This document shows positions 39,762 through 49,469 of a DNA stretch of 64,000 nucleotides, one piece after another (the stretch's first letter is position 1; each line of letters begins with the position of its first letter). A program made the position numbers and the translations under genes. A model generated the notes under the pieces. That model saw only the letters and a program-made list of their open reading frames with translations, was not told the DNA's origin and did not search any database. The stretch lies in the NCBI GenBank assembly GCA_977020255.1, contig CDROCS010000546.1, positions 62,001 to 126,000 of the forward strand. The letters run 5' to 3'. Source of the stretch: Obrimoposthia wandeli. Taxonomy: Eukaryota.

Positions 39762-41081
39762 ATGTGGTTTCCGAGTCAGACCGAACAAAAAATGGGCGTT
39801 AACGCTTTAGTACAGGCGATTGAAAAAGCAATTTTTGAGGGGAGCTTAAAAATAGGTGATCGTTTACCACCACAGAGAATCCTGGCTTACAAACTGGATG
39901 TCAATCCGACCACCGTCTCTAGGGCTTATCATCGCGCGGCCGAGAAAGGCTTAGTCGGCGGCCAAATAGGCCGTGGCACCTATGTGTTGGCACAGAGTAA
40001 TGCGGTGCTGTTTACCCAAGTAATGCGCGAACACCAAGAAGGAATAATCGACTTATCCATCAATAAGCTACCCTGTGATAGTACTATTCTCTCACTCAAT
40101 CAGCAGATTGAGGCGGCCAATCTATACCGTAACCAAGCCGAATATTACGAGTACATCAACAACAAGATGATTGCCCGCTATCAGCTGGCCGTCACCCAAT
40201 GGCTCTCGCGCAGTCGCCACATCGAATACCACAGTGAGCATATTTTGCCGCTGCCAAGCTGTCAGTACGCTATCCACTTTATCTTTAGTCAGCAGCTCAA
40301 ACGTGGTGATCTGGTGATCGTTGAGCAATATACCGCACCGGGTATCATCGCTGCCGCTCAAGAGCATGGCCTACGCCTCTTTGCCTGCAAGTGTGATGAT
40401 CAAGGATTAATACCGAGCGCACTCGACTCACTGATAACCCAAACCAGTGCCAAGACATTAATTACCATCCCCTCCAATCAGTCGCCAATGGGGACGACAC
40501 AATCCACGGCACGACGAGAGGCGCTGGCAAAAGTCATTATCTCCCGCGATTTACTGGTGATTGAAGAAGATATTTACGGTATGTTCGCCGAACCGGCTCC
40601 TCTGGCAAAATACGCACCCAAGCACACGTTACTACTTTCAGGTTTTAGTAAATGCCTCAGTGGGGGGCATAAAATCGCCTTTATGGCCTCTCAACATCCA
40701 CTGCTGCAAAAGTTCCAGCAGAAGATCGTTGAGACACTCTGGTTGATCGCCGCCAGTGCGGCTAGCCATATTATTACCGCTATTGAACAACAGATAATCG
40801 AGCGTGCCACGGCGCATGTCAGACAAAACAACATGGCTAAAAATCAACTGGTTGGCCGTATTTTAAAGCTAGACCTAAATCTAGATAACCCTCATCACTG
40901 GATTGAATGTGATCCACAGTTTGTGCAACGCGCCGCCAATGCGGGCATCAAACTAGCCCACAGCGACCACTTCAGCGTGGGCGCTTCAACAACGGGATGT
41001 ACTTACTATCGCCTAAGTGTGCACAGTGTTGATGAAGCCGACATAAAAAAAGCGGCAATTATCTTAGCGGGTTTGCAATAA
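39729..41081 (+). CDS. MocR/GabR family regulator (GntR HTH plus PLP aminotransferase domain)
   Basis: GDRLPPQRILA, IGRGTYV, IEEDIYG and GFSKC. The true start may be ATG 39762. Confidence 0.9.
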   Translation: MTQFIYCMTYNMWFPSQTEQKMGVNALVQAIEKAIFEGSLKIGDRLPPQRILAYKLDVNPTTVSRAYHRAAEKGLVGGQIGRGTYVLAQSNAVLFTQVMREHQEGIIDLSINKLPCDSTILSLNQQIEAANLYRNQAEYYEYINNKMIARYQLAVTQWLSRSRHIEYHSEHILPLPSCQYAIHFIFSQQLKRGDLVIVEQYTAPGIIAAAQEHGLRLFACKCDDQGLIPSALDSLITQTSAKTLITIPSNQSPMGTTQSTARREALAKVIISRDLLVIEEDIYGMFAEPAPLAKYAPKHTLLLSGFSKCLSGGHKIAFMASQHPLLQKFQQKIVETLWLIAASAASHIITAIEQQIIERATAHVRQNNMAKNQLVGRILKLDLNLDNPHHWIECDPQFVQRAANAGIKLAHSDHFSVGASTTGCTYYRLSVHSVDEADIKKAAIILAGLQ

Positions 41082-41090
41082 CCGCGAAAG

Positions 41091-41465
41091 TTACCAGCGC
41101 TGAATAACTTGATAGTAAGCGAAGCTATTGCTTTGCGCGGCGCTTTCCTCACTATCCATCAGCGAAAAATAGTGGATACACACGGTGCAACTTTCCACTT
41201 TTCCCGCCGCCTCTTGTGCCGCATCAAGACTTTCCCAGTGGATAATATCAGCAAATTGATCCACACTTTTCTGCACTAGCTCACGTTTGATAAAACCCGC
41301 CTGCAGGCTTAAAAACTCCCGATTTACTTTATCAGCCTGTGTTAGTAATTGTTCAGTGGTGATCTGTTTCGCTTTGACGAAAGGCGCCCATTCTACGGCT
41401 GTTTCAGCCAGGGCTGTGTGGCTAATTAATACGGTGACGACGAGAGATTTGACGATATGTTTCAT
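41091..41465 (-). CDS. Secreted hypothetical protein, ABM/dimeric alpha-beta barrel-like
   Basis: Signal peptide ends ALA-E. FLSLQAGFIKRELV and DIIHWESLDAAQEAA pattern. Confidence 0.65.
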   Translation of the reverse strand: MKHIVKSLVVTVLISHTALAETAVEWAPFVKAKQITTEQLLTQADKVNREFLSLQAGFIKRELVQKSVDQFADIIHWESLDAAQEAAGKVESCTVCIHYFSLMDSEESAAQSNSFAYYQVIQRW

Positions 41466-41506
41466 AATAGCTCCAAGGTTAACAATTGGTGCACACTATA
41501 AAGCAG

Positions 41507-41532
41507 CCCTACTGACAATTCTGGCAGTAGGG
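41507..41532 (-). terminator. Stem-loop between MOSC and 41465 genes
   Basis: CCCTACTG/CAGTAGGG inverted repeat. Confidence 0.4.
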
Positions 41533-41632
41533 TTTGGTCATATTAATTTGAGACTTCATCATTATGTATAGAGAGAATAATACTATTTTTCACGTCTATC
41601 CATTAGCCCTTAAGCTATCTGCAGCGCAACTG

Positions 41633-42226
41633 TTAGGCTGGCATATGCGGAAAACTTGGCTGTACCGGTAAATGCAAGGTTAGGTTATCCCCCACTGTTA
41701 ATTCACCCGTGCGTTCCACCCAAGCAGTGACGCCGCGCATATTGTAGGCCGCTTTAACGAACATCTTTCCCTTCCCCGGAAAATGCTCTTCAATCACATC
41801 ACCGACAAAACGACAGGGGCCGTTAATCATATCAATGGTTAGCGACACTCCTGACGAGCTGATCAAGCGCGATGACGGCGGAATTAATGAAAAATCAGCG
41901 ATGCCAGAAACTACAATATTTGGGCCAAGCCAAGTAGGGTCTAGAGCCGGTATATCCATATTGATGGCAATTGTGTCTAAATCTTCCTGCGAGATAATGC
42001 TGATCTGGCGCACATTACGGATTTCAGTACCTTTAGGGTATTGACCCAACAACCGAGAGCACGAACTGCGTGTTTCGCCGCCATGCGCTTCACCTTGCAT
42101 GCCAGCATAATCCAGTATGGCCACCTCTAAAGGCGCACTGACTAAGCCAGCCTCTCGTGATGGATTGACGTAGAGGCCTTCGATTTTGGCGATGAATTGG
42201 CTCTTTTTCAGCATGCTCGGCTCCAT
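41633..42226 (-). CDS. MOSC domain (molybdenum cofactor) protein
   Basis: GEAHGG, RNVRQISIIS, LGPNIVVSG, NGPCRF (Moco Cys) and RGVTAWVERTG. Confidence 0.85.
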   Translation of the reverse strand: MEPSMLKKSQFIAKIEGLYVNPSREAGLVSAPLEVAILDYAGMQGEAHGGETRSSCSRLLGQYPKGTEIRNVRQISIISQEDLDTIAINMDIPALDPTWLGPNIVVSGIADFSLIPPSSRLISSSGVSLTIDMINGPCRFVGDVIEEHFPGKGKMFVKAAYNMRGVTAWVERTGELTVGDNLTLHLPVQPSFPHMPA

Positions 42227-42482
42227 GAAGTTTTTATGATGAGGAGATTCTACGATAAAAATTAGAATGATGGGGAGCTTTAATACCCTTGTCTAATCCG
42301 CATCACTTTTTAAGCCTCAGCATTAAGTCATCCTATCTAGACGCTTCTATCGTTATTTAGCTCTCCCTAAGATTATAGGAAAACGATTAGCCCTATCACG
42401 CAATAATTTTAAAAATACCTATTTTAACGTTACGTCTCCTTAGCCTGAAAGCTTTGAGGCCCTACTAGTTAGGTCTCATGAT

Positions 42483-43418
42483 TCACCCCATCACATCCAC
42501 AGGGAAGTAATCCGCCAACTCTTTTAGATGCTGATCAATATAATCGACAAACACTTGGCTGCGCCTCGTCTGGCGCTCTGGGGCTGGTAAAATCAAATAA
42601 CTGTCGAACCCTGTTTCTACGCCTTTTGTATTCAACAGCACTAATTGACCTGAGGCTAAATCAGCGGCAATTTCATAGTACTCCGCGAGCGCGACTCCCT
42701 GCCCCATGCGCGCAGCCATTAACACTTGGTAATTATCACTGTAAAAAATATTCGCCCCTCGCCCCTGTGCCTGTCCGCTGGCGAATCGATTGAACCAAGT
42801 GGTCCAACCGCGTGACCTATCGTGCAGTAGTGGGTAATCGAGCAGCGCTTCATCCAATTCAATGGCTGCCCTATTTAACATCAATGAAGGTGCAGCGACG
42901 GGATAAAAATGCGCCGCCATCAGCTTGCGTGTCTCCAAATTTTCAGTTTCTTGTGGCAAGCCAAAACAGACACAAACATCAAAGATGTCCGGAAGCGTGC
43001 TGACGCTCGGCGCTACTTGCAATAGTTTGAGCGTGACTTCTGGATAAGCTTGGCTAAAACGCCCCATCACACTGATCAACATATTATGGGCAATAGAGGG
43101 AGTTGAACAAATAATTAATTCTCCAGACATCTGTTGGCTGTCACTATTCAACTGGCGTATACCGCTAGTGAGTACATCCAACCCTTCACTGACACTAGCC
43201 AGTAGACGACAACCGGCTGGCGTAAGCGATAAACGTTTATTCTTACGGTTAAACAACTGCTGTTCTAACAGCGACTCAAGGCCACGTACTTGCTGACTAA
43301 CGGCCCCTTGAGTAACTCCTAATTGCACCGCCGCTTTACCTAAGTGGCAATGCTGCGCAGCAGCTTCGAATGCACGTAGTGCATTGAGTGGTAAATGGCG
43401 ACGATCTAATTTCTGCAT
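42483..43418 (-). CDS. LysR regulator (GcvA-like)
   Basis: LPLNALRAFEAAA and QGAVSQQVRGLE. Confidence 0.9.
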   Translation of the reverse strand: MQKLDRRHLPLNALRAFEAAAQHCHLGKAAVQLGVTQGAVSQQVRGLESLLEQQLFNRKNKRLSLTPAGCRLLASVSEGLDVLTSGIRQLNSDSQQMSGELIICSTPSIAHNMLISVMGRFSQAYPEVTLKLLQVAPSVSTLPDIFDVCVCFGLPQETENLETRKLMAAHFYPVAAPSLMLNRAAIELDEALLDYPLLHDRSRGWTTWFNRFASGQAQGRGANIFYSDNYQVLMAARMGQGVALAEYYEIAADLASGQLVLLNTKGVETGFDSYLILPAPERQTRRSQVFVDYIDQHLKELADYFPVDVMG

Positions 43419-43581
43419 TTAGTTTTTCTACACAAAGATGAAAGATTTAATCACTTTGTATCAGAAAAATTACTTGATAGCATCATCGGACGATATGAGA
43501 ATTCTCTATGTTGCTCAATTTCAGAGAACTCAATACTGTATCAATGGCCAACACTTCACGATTACCCTAGAGATTACGGAT

Positions 43582-44526
43582 ATGCGCAACACCCCTTTGT
43601 ACGCTCGCATCAGCCAGCGCACTAACCTCATGAGTCACTCTTCGCAGTACGGAATCTGGATCATGGTCTTGGCGATGCTGATGTTCCCATCAGTAGATGT
43701 AATAGCCAAATTACTGTCCAAATCGTTATCACCAGTACAGATCAGCTTTTTACGTGTAGCCTGCCAAGCCATGGTCATTCTGCTGGTATCGCGCACTCTG
43801 CCAAAATCGCATTCACTTTTAATGAATTCACGGCTGTTATTGTGTGCAGTGCTGGTGAATACAGCAATTATTTGTATGGTCTGGGGGCTGGCATTTTTAC
43901 CTGTGGCCAATGCGATTGCCCTGTTTTTTATCGAACCATTACTACTGATGTTACTCTCCTCGCTAATTTTGAAGGAGAAGTCATCTGTCACTCGATACGT
44001 ACTAGCCGCCATTGGTCTACTAGGTGCTATGGTGGTGATTAGACCTAACTGGCAACTCTATGGCTGGCCCGCTGTGTTACCTATGTTTTCGGCCCTCTTT
44101 TTTGCCTTTTACTTGCTTTTAATTCGTACCACACGCGGTCAAATATCAACCACCCAAGCACAAATTTTCATCAGTCTCGTTGGCACCTTACTCCTCGGGT
44201 TATTACTTATCGCCGGTCAGAGTTTCGACGCTTCCGTACTCATTTGGCACAGCATAGCCCCGACAAATTACAGCTTAATCTTACTACTCGGTTTATTTGC
44301 AGCACTAACCCACTGGATGATGGGCAAAGCATTCACTTTAAACCAAGCTAATGTCCTAGCACCCTTTCGCTATTTAGAGATTATCAGTGCCACAGCTTTG
44401 GGCTATCTTATTTTTAACGAAGTGCCCGACCTGTTAACCTGGCTTGGCACTGCCATTATTCTCAGCTCAGGTCTCGCACTGATGCGCTTAGAAAGCAGAG
44501 AGAGAGCAAGTAGTGAGAGCCCCTGA
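43582..44526 (+). CDS. DMT/EamA family transporter
   Basis: About 10 TMs. LPVANAIALFFIEPL, VVIRP and APFRYLEII. Start is uncertain (43582 or 43630). Confidence 0.87.
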   Translation: MRNTPLYARISQRTNLMSHSSQYGIWIMVLAMLMFPSVDVIAKLLSKSLSPVQISFLRVACQAMVILLVSRTLPKSHSLLMNSRLLLCAVLVNTAIICMVWGLAFLPVANAIALFFIEPLLLMLLSSLILKEKSSVTRYVLAAIGLLGAMVVIRPNWQLYGWPAVLPMFSALFFAFYLLLIRTTRGQISTTQAQIFISLVGTLLLGLLLIAGQSFDASVLIWHSIAPTNYSLILLLGLFAALTHWMMGKAFTLNQANVLAPFRYLEIISATALGYLIFNEVPDLLTWLGTAIILSSGLALMRLESRERASSESP

Positions 44527-44527
44527 C

Positions 44528-46120
44528 TTAGCGCTTTAAATCCTGTTGCAGTGTTTTAACCTGAGTAATGCCTAAGCGTTTAGCAATACGCCCCAAGTTT
44601 GCTCGATCCAATTCAAGGGCGCGAGCGGCAGCAGCCCAGTTGCCTTGATTGCGCTCTATTGCCGCGATGATTAGACCACGTTGATAGTCATCTGTTGCCT
44701 GTCGCAGTGACTGCGCCGCTTGCGGTGTTGTCTGATGAAGAGTTGTGGGAGCTTCACTGTGACTTGGCGCTATTGCCGCAGAAGATAGTTCAGAGCAATC
44801 TTGCAGATCTATCGCCACGATGGCCTGTTCGGTTTGCTTTGCCCGTGCCTTGAGGGCGCTTCGACTAATCAGATGTTCTAACTCGCGGACATTTCCAGGC
44901 CAGTTGTAAGTGTCAAAGGCCCGCAATAGTTGATTGGACACCTTCAACTGCTGCAAACCCAATTTTCGCCGCGTCTGTTCAATAAAGTAACCGCTCAGTA
45001 ATGGAATATCGCCGGGGCGGTCACGTAAACTCGGTACTGTGATTGGATAAACACTTAGACGATGGAATAAGTCCGCGCGAAAACTCCCCTGCTCAACTTC
45101 TGCGTTGAGATCCCTATTGGTCGCGGCGATTACTCGCACTTCTACTTGTTGTACTTTATCTTGTCCCACCGGCTGGATTTCTTTATTTTGCAATGCGCGT
45201 AGCAATTTACTTTGTGCTGCCAGCGGTAATTCCCCTATCTCATCGAGGAAGAGGGTTCCACCATCTGCGAGGGCGAACTTGCCGGCGCGATTTTTCTCGG
45301 CGCCAGTAAACGCCCCACGCACATGGCCAAAGAGTTCGCTCTCTATTAAGTTCTCTGCCAGTGCAGCACAGTTAACATAAACCAAAGGTCCATCACTCAA
45401 GGTGGATTGGCGGTGAATCATACGCGCGACTAACTCTTTACCGACGCCTGTCTCGCCGTAAATCAATACAGTGACATCTGATGGTGCCGCTATTTTAATT
45501 TCATGGGTCAGTTTTTGCATGCTCTCACTAGCCCCGATCAACTCGCCACCATCTCGCTGTAGCGCCTCTTCTGTCAGTTCAGTCACTACCCGTTGTGAAT
45601 GACTCGCTAAACTCTCTAAGCGCTCTATCATCAACGCGGTGTTTAAAGTTGCCGCCGCTAATGCCGCAACTACTTCGAGAGTGCGTTTAGGGATTTCATC
45701 AAAGACACCCGCCACTAGGCTATCTAGCGTTAAAACGCCAAGCAGTTGATTATCAAAATATAACGGTAATCCCATACAGGCATGCACCGGTAGATCACCT
45801 TCGCGATCGATTAACAAACCGTCGTAAGGGTCTGCTAAATCACAATCACTGGGAAAGCGCACCGCGCTATCCGATTGACAAATCTGGGCAAAGCGCGGGT
45901 GTTGCGCCAGTGCAAACCGTCTGCCTAATGTATCGCGGCTCAACCCTTGTAGCGCAATAGGTTTAAGGCGATCTCCGTGAAAAGAGAGCAGCGCAACCGC
46001 ATCACAGGGGATCGTTTTACGTACAGTATCGAGCAGCCTATCGTAACGAGTTTTTGCCCCTAAGCTAGCGGTTAAATCCGTGGCTAATTCGACCAGTGCA
46101 GTCGCGGTTATCTCATTCAT
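44528..46120 (-). CDS. norR: Nitric oxide-responsive sigma54 activator NorR
   Basis: GAF with RFP.DCDLADPYDGL and CMG, GETGVGKE, GAFTGA, DEIGEL and C-terminal HTH. Divergent from hmp. Confidence 0.93.
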   Translation of the reverse strand: MNEITATALVELATDLTASLGAKTRYDRLLDTVRKTIPCDAVALLSFHGDRLKPIALQGLSRDTLGRRFALAQHPRFAQICQSDSAVRFPSDCDLADPYDGLLIDREGDLPVHACMGLPLYFDNQLLGVLTLDSLVAGVFDEIPKRTLEVVAALAAATLNTALMIERLESLASHSQRVVTELTEEALQRDGGELIGASESMQKLTHEIKIAAPSDVTVLIYGETGVGKELVARMIHRQSTLSDGPLVYVNCAALAENLIESELFGHVRGAFTGAEKNRAGKFALADGGTLFLDEIGELPLAAQSKLLRALQNKEIQPVGQDKVQQVEVRVIAATNRDLNAEVEQGSFRADLFHRLSVYPITVPSLRDRPGDIPLLSGYFIEQTRRKLGLQQLKVSNQLLRAFDTYNWPGNVRELEHLISRSALKARAKQTEQAIVAIDLQDCSELSSAAIAPSHSEAPTTLHQTTPQAAQSLRQATDDYQRGLIIAAIERNQGNWAAAARALELDRANLGRIAKRLGITQVKTLQQDLKR

Positions 46121-46135
46121 TTTGAATACTCAATT

Positions 46136-46190
46136 GTCATTTTGACTACACTATATCGTTTTAACAACCTTAATGGATAGTCTTTTTGAC
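46136..46190. promoter_or_regulatory. Three NorR enhancer sites (GT-N7-AC)
   Basis: GTCATTTTGAC (46136), GTTTTAACAAC (46158) and GTCTTTTTGAC (46180), spaced exactly 22 bp apart. Confidence 0.85.
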
Positions 46191-46224
46191 AACAAAAAAC
46201 ATCATATCACCAATCATAATATAA

Positions 46225-46245
46225 CAAGATATTGATATACATCAA
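46225..46245. promoter_or_regulatory. Overlapping IHF site (minus strand TATCAA-TATC-TTG) and FNR box (TTGAT-ATAC-ATCAA)
   Basis: Perfect matches to WATCAA-N4-TTR (46225-46237) and TTGAT-N4-ATCAA (46232-46245). Confidence 0.65.
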
Positions 46246-46256
46246 AAAAATAAACT

Positions 46257-46272
46257 TGGCACTCTATATGCA
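46257..46272 (+). promoter_or_regulatory. Sigma54 -24/-12 promoter
   Basis: TGGCAC-TCTAT-ATGCA with exact GG-N10-GC spacing. Confidence 0.88.
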
Positions 46273-46316
46273 ATGTACCAGTTGTAACACACTGATGTTG
46301 ATAATGAGGCAGTCAC

Positions 46317-46592
46317 ATGACAACTATTAACAAAACAATTTTTGTGCCGTTGCTGAATGATTCAGAGCAACAAAAGCTACAGCAGCGGCTCTTGTTAGGG
46401 AACACCATCCTAATACTCACTGCGCTTTGGGCAGCCGTCGCTATAAGCATCGCTTTTATTTTCGAAGCGAACTTTAGCTTAGGCGCGCAGATTGCAGCAC
46501 ACATCAGCATCATCGTCTGCTCGCTGACGTTAAAAGTGGGTTACTTACTGCGCAGTTTTGCATTGAAAAAATTGGGCAGTCAGAATTTTTAA
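46317..46592 (+). CDS. Small two-TM membrane protein, first gene of the hmp operon
   Basis: GAGG RBS. Two hydrophobic helices. 21 bp before hmp. Confidence 0.72.
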   Translation: MTTINKTIFVPLLNDSEQQKLQQRLLLGNTILILTALWAAVAISIAFIFEANFSLGAQIAAHISIIVCSLTLKVGYLLRSFALKKLGSQNF

Positions 46593-46613
46593 CTTTTATT
46601 TATGGAATAGCAC

Positions 46614-47795
46614 ATGTTAAACGATCAACACATAGCAATCATCAAAAGCACTATCCCACTACTAGAGCAGGCAGGCAGCGCGCTAACTGCGCATTTTTAT
46701 CAGCGTATGTTTAAAGAAAGCCCTGAGCTACAGCACATATTCAATATGAGCAACCAGCACACGGGCCGCCAGCAAGTTGCCTTGTTCGAAGCTATCGCCG
46801 CTTACGCCAAGCACATCGAAAATTTAGCAGCCCTTAGCACTGCGGTAGAGCGCATTGCGCAAAAGCACACCAGCTTTGCCATTAAGCCTGAACACTATGC
46901 GATTGTAGGTCACAATCTAATAGAAACGCTACGTGAACTAGCACCCGACGCCTTCACGAGTGAAGTTGAAGAAGCGTGGACTGCAGCGTATCAATTCTTA
47001 GCACAGATATTTATCAATCGTGAAGAAGAGCTCTATCAGGCCAGCGCTGCAGCCAAAGGCGGCTGGAATGACACGCGCGACTTCAAAGTCAGCGAGAAAA
47101 AAGCAGAGTCAGCACTGGTCACTAGCTTCACCTTTACCCCTGTCGACCAACAGCCTGTTATCGGTTATAAACCTGGCCAATACTTAGGTTTAGATATACA
47201 GCCTAGCAAAAGCCAGTATCGCGAAATTCGTCAGTACTCACTGTCAGACAAAGCCAATGGCGAGAGCTATCGTATTTCAGTGAAACGAGAGCAAACCCCT
47301 GTACAAGGTTTGGTTTCGAACTATCTTCACGACGAATTAAAAAAAGGCGATATCGTCAAACTTCATCCACCAGCGGGTGACTTTCATTTTGAAGATCGCG
47401 GCCACAATGTTGCACTGATCTCTGCAGGCGTAGGCATTACCCCTATGCAGGCAATGCTTGAACAGTTGGATGCCGATAAATATCCGCATAATGTCTATTT
47501 TTTACACGCTTGTGAGAATATCGAACAACACTCTTTTCACGCTCGCACGTTAGAGTTGTGCCAAGGTGAGAACCGCGAACAGCACAGCTGGTACCGTACC
47601 GGCACACCGCAGGCGGAGAATGGCCATCAAGGGTTCATCAATATTCGCGAAGTGGATATCGCGCTTAATGAAACTGATTTTTATCTCTGTGGCCCGATCC
47701 CTTTCATGGAATTCATGAAAGCTCACCTACAAAAGCTTGGCGTGGCGGATGAGTGTATTCACTACGAGGTATTTGGCCCGCACCAAAACCTATAA
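46614..47795 (+). CDS. hmp: Flavohemoglobin (NO dioxygenase)
   Basis: Globin (IAQKHTSF, YAIVGHNL), RQYSLSD, SAGVGITPM and YEVFGP. Confidence 0.97.
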   Translation: MLNDQHIAIIKSTIPLLEQAGSALTAHFYQRMFKESPELQHIFNMSNQHTGRQQVALFEAIAAYAKHIENLAALSTAVERIAQKHTSFAIKPEHYAIVGHNLIETLRELAPDAFTSEVEEAWTAAYQFLAQIFINREEELYQASAAAKGGWNDTRDFKVSEKKAESALVTSFTFTPVDQQPVIGYKPGQYLGLDIQPSKSQYREIRQYSLSDKANGESYRISVKREQTPVQGLVSNYLHDELKKGDIVKLHPPAGDFHFEDRGHNVALISAGVGITPMQAMLEQLDADKYPHNVYFLHACENIEQHSFHARTLELCQGENREQHSWYRTGTPQAENGHQGFINIREVDIALNETDFYLCGPIPFMEFMKAHLQKLGVADECIHYEVFGPHQNL

Positions 47796-47856
47796 TTAAT
47801 CACGCGCTTAACGGTGCACCGTGCTAAAGTCATTTCATTTAATGTGATGATAATTG

Positions 47857-48240
47857 ATGGAAGTACAGCGTAATATTGCATTAGTTATCTTGCAGCAAGA
47901 GCAAAACATACTGCTGGGCTGGCGTCACAATGTCGAGATTTATCCCGACTTGTGGTGTTGTCCTGGTGGGCATATCGAAATAGCTGAATCACCTGAAATA
48001 GCGATCAGACGCGAAGCCTACGAAGAACTGGGCATTACCCTAGGACAGCTTAGTCTGCCATACTCTTATGTAATCGATGATTGTTGCTTTTATTTCATGC
48101 ACTGCACCCAATGGCAAGGAGCGGTGAGCAACCAAGAGCCAGATAAATGCGCTCAGCTTCGCTGGTTTTCACTACCACAGCTGCCCCAGCCCCTACACCG
48201 TGCTACTCAGTTTGCCCTGCATCATTTTTCGCTTAACTGA
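47857..48240 (+). CDS. NUDIX hydrolase
   Basis: PGGHIEIAESPEIAIRREAYEELG Nudix box. NQEPDKC. Confidence 0.9.
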   Translation: MEVQRNIALVILQQEQNILLGWRHNVEIYPDLWCCPGGHIEIAESPEIAIRREAYEELGITLGQLSLPYSYVIDDCCFYFMHCTQWQGAVSNQEPDKCAQLRWFSLPQLPQPLHRATQFALHHFSLN

Positions 48241-48398
48241 CACCCACTTACAGCCAATAAACCCCTGCTATTTACATTCTGTCTGCTATCGCTGACACTC
48301 CCTATTTTGTGACGAAAACACACTATTTCTATTGACTATAACCGGCGGTCCTAGGAGACTTGCCGCTTCATTTTTTAACGCCAAGAGAGGGATCCTCC

Positions 48399-49088
48399 AT
48401 GAAGACGCCAGTGTCTATAAAACACACTTTTAAAATAGCTGTTACCGCTATTTTTGCATTAATTATCAGCGGCTGTGCGACAGAGAGTCGAAAAGCTATC
48501 GCCCCAGAGACAGTTAAAACCTTTAACACTTCCTACAGTGGGGCAAAGACCACTTTAGTGGTTGGCGATTTCCAAAATCAGTCCAACTACCTCAAAGGGC
48601 TTTTCTCTTCTAACACTGACCAGTTGGGTAGTCAGGCTAAAACTATCTTGAAAACTCACTTGCAGCAAACCAATAGATTCCGTGTTGTGGACCGTCAAAA
48701 CCTCGCACTCAATAAAGCGGAAGCTAGTTACAATGGTCAACAGCAAAAAATTAAAGGCGCTAGATATACTGTTACTGGCGATGTCACTGAGTTCGGTCGC
48801 AAGGTCACAGGTGACCATCAACTTTTTGGCATTTTAGGTTCGGGAAAAACGCAGACCGCCTACGCCAAAGTCTCTCTTAATATTGTTGACGTACTCAGCT
48901 CTGAAATAGTCTACTCAACTCAAGGGGCTGGTGAATATGCCTTGAGCAACAGAGAAGTTATTGGTTTTGGTGGCTCTGCCGGATACGACTCAACACTTAA
49001 CGGTAAAGTACTCAACTTTGCGATTACTGAAGCGGTTAACAATTTAGTGCGCGATTTAGAAAACCGTACTTGGAACATACAACCTTAA
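48399..49088 (+). CDS. CsgG/HfaB-family lipoprotein
   Basis: Lipobox IISGC. QQTNRFRVVDR, GDVTEFGRK and STQGAGEY. Confidence 0.85.
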   Translation: MKTPVSIKHTFKIAVTAIFALIISGCATESRKAIAPETVKTFNTSYSGAKTTLVVGDFQNQSNYLKGLFSSNTDQLGSQAKTILKTHLQQTNRFRVVDRQNLALNKAEASYNGQQQKIKGARYTVTGDVTEFGRKVTGDHQLFGILGSGKTQTAYAKVSLNIVDVLSSEIVYSTQGAGEYALSNREVIGFGGSAGYDSTLNGKVLNFAITEAVNNLVRDLENRTWNIQP

Positions 49089-49097
49089 GGACTGATA

Positions 49098-49469
49098 ATG
49101 AGATCTAATATTAAAATGGTAGCCCCCTTACTCGTTGCTTTGTTACTGCTGACCGGATGTGCCACTAACAAGCCACTTTATCACTGGGGCTCTTATGAGC
49201 AGTTAGTGCTCAGCTCTTACACTAACCCCGGTGAAGCGGATGCTGCCACTCAAATAGACAAACTGACAGCAGACATCCAGCAGGCTGAGAGTCTAGGGCA
49301 AAAGGTCGCTCCAGGGGTCTTTGCGCAATTGGCTTTGATGTACGCCGAACAAGGCAAGCAGCTTGAATCGATTAACGCTTTCCAACAAGAAAAAGCACAC
49401 TTTCCAGAATCCGCCGTGTTTATTGATGGTCTCATGGCACGCGCGCAAAATGCAGGGAAAAGTTTATGA
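49098..49469 (+). CDS. DUF4810-like lipoprotein
   Basis: Lipobox LTGC. LYHWGSYE, APGVFAQLA and EKAHFPES. Confidence 0.8.
   Translation: MRSNIKMVAPLLVALLLLTGCATNKPLYHWGSYEQLVLSSYTNPGEADAATQIDKLTADIQQAESLGQKVAPGVFAQLALMYAEQGKQLESINAFQQEKAHFPESAVFIDGLMARAQNAGKSL

Noticed and set aside
41160-41200. CTVCIH as a c-type heme motif
   Set aside because: It is CxxCxH, not CxxCH.
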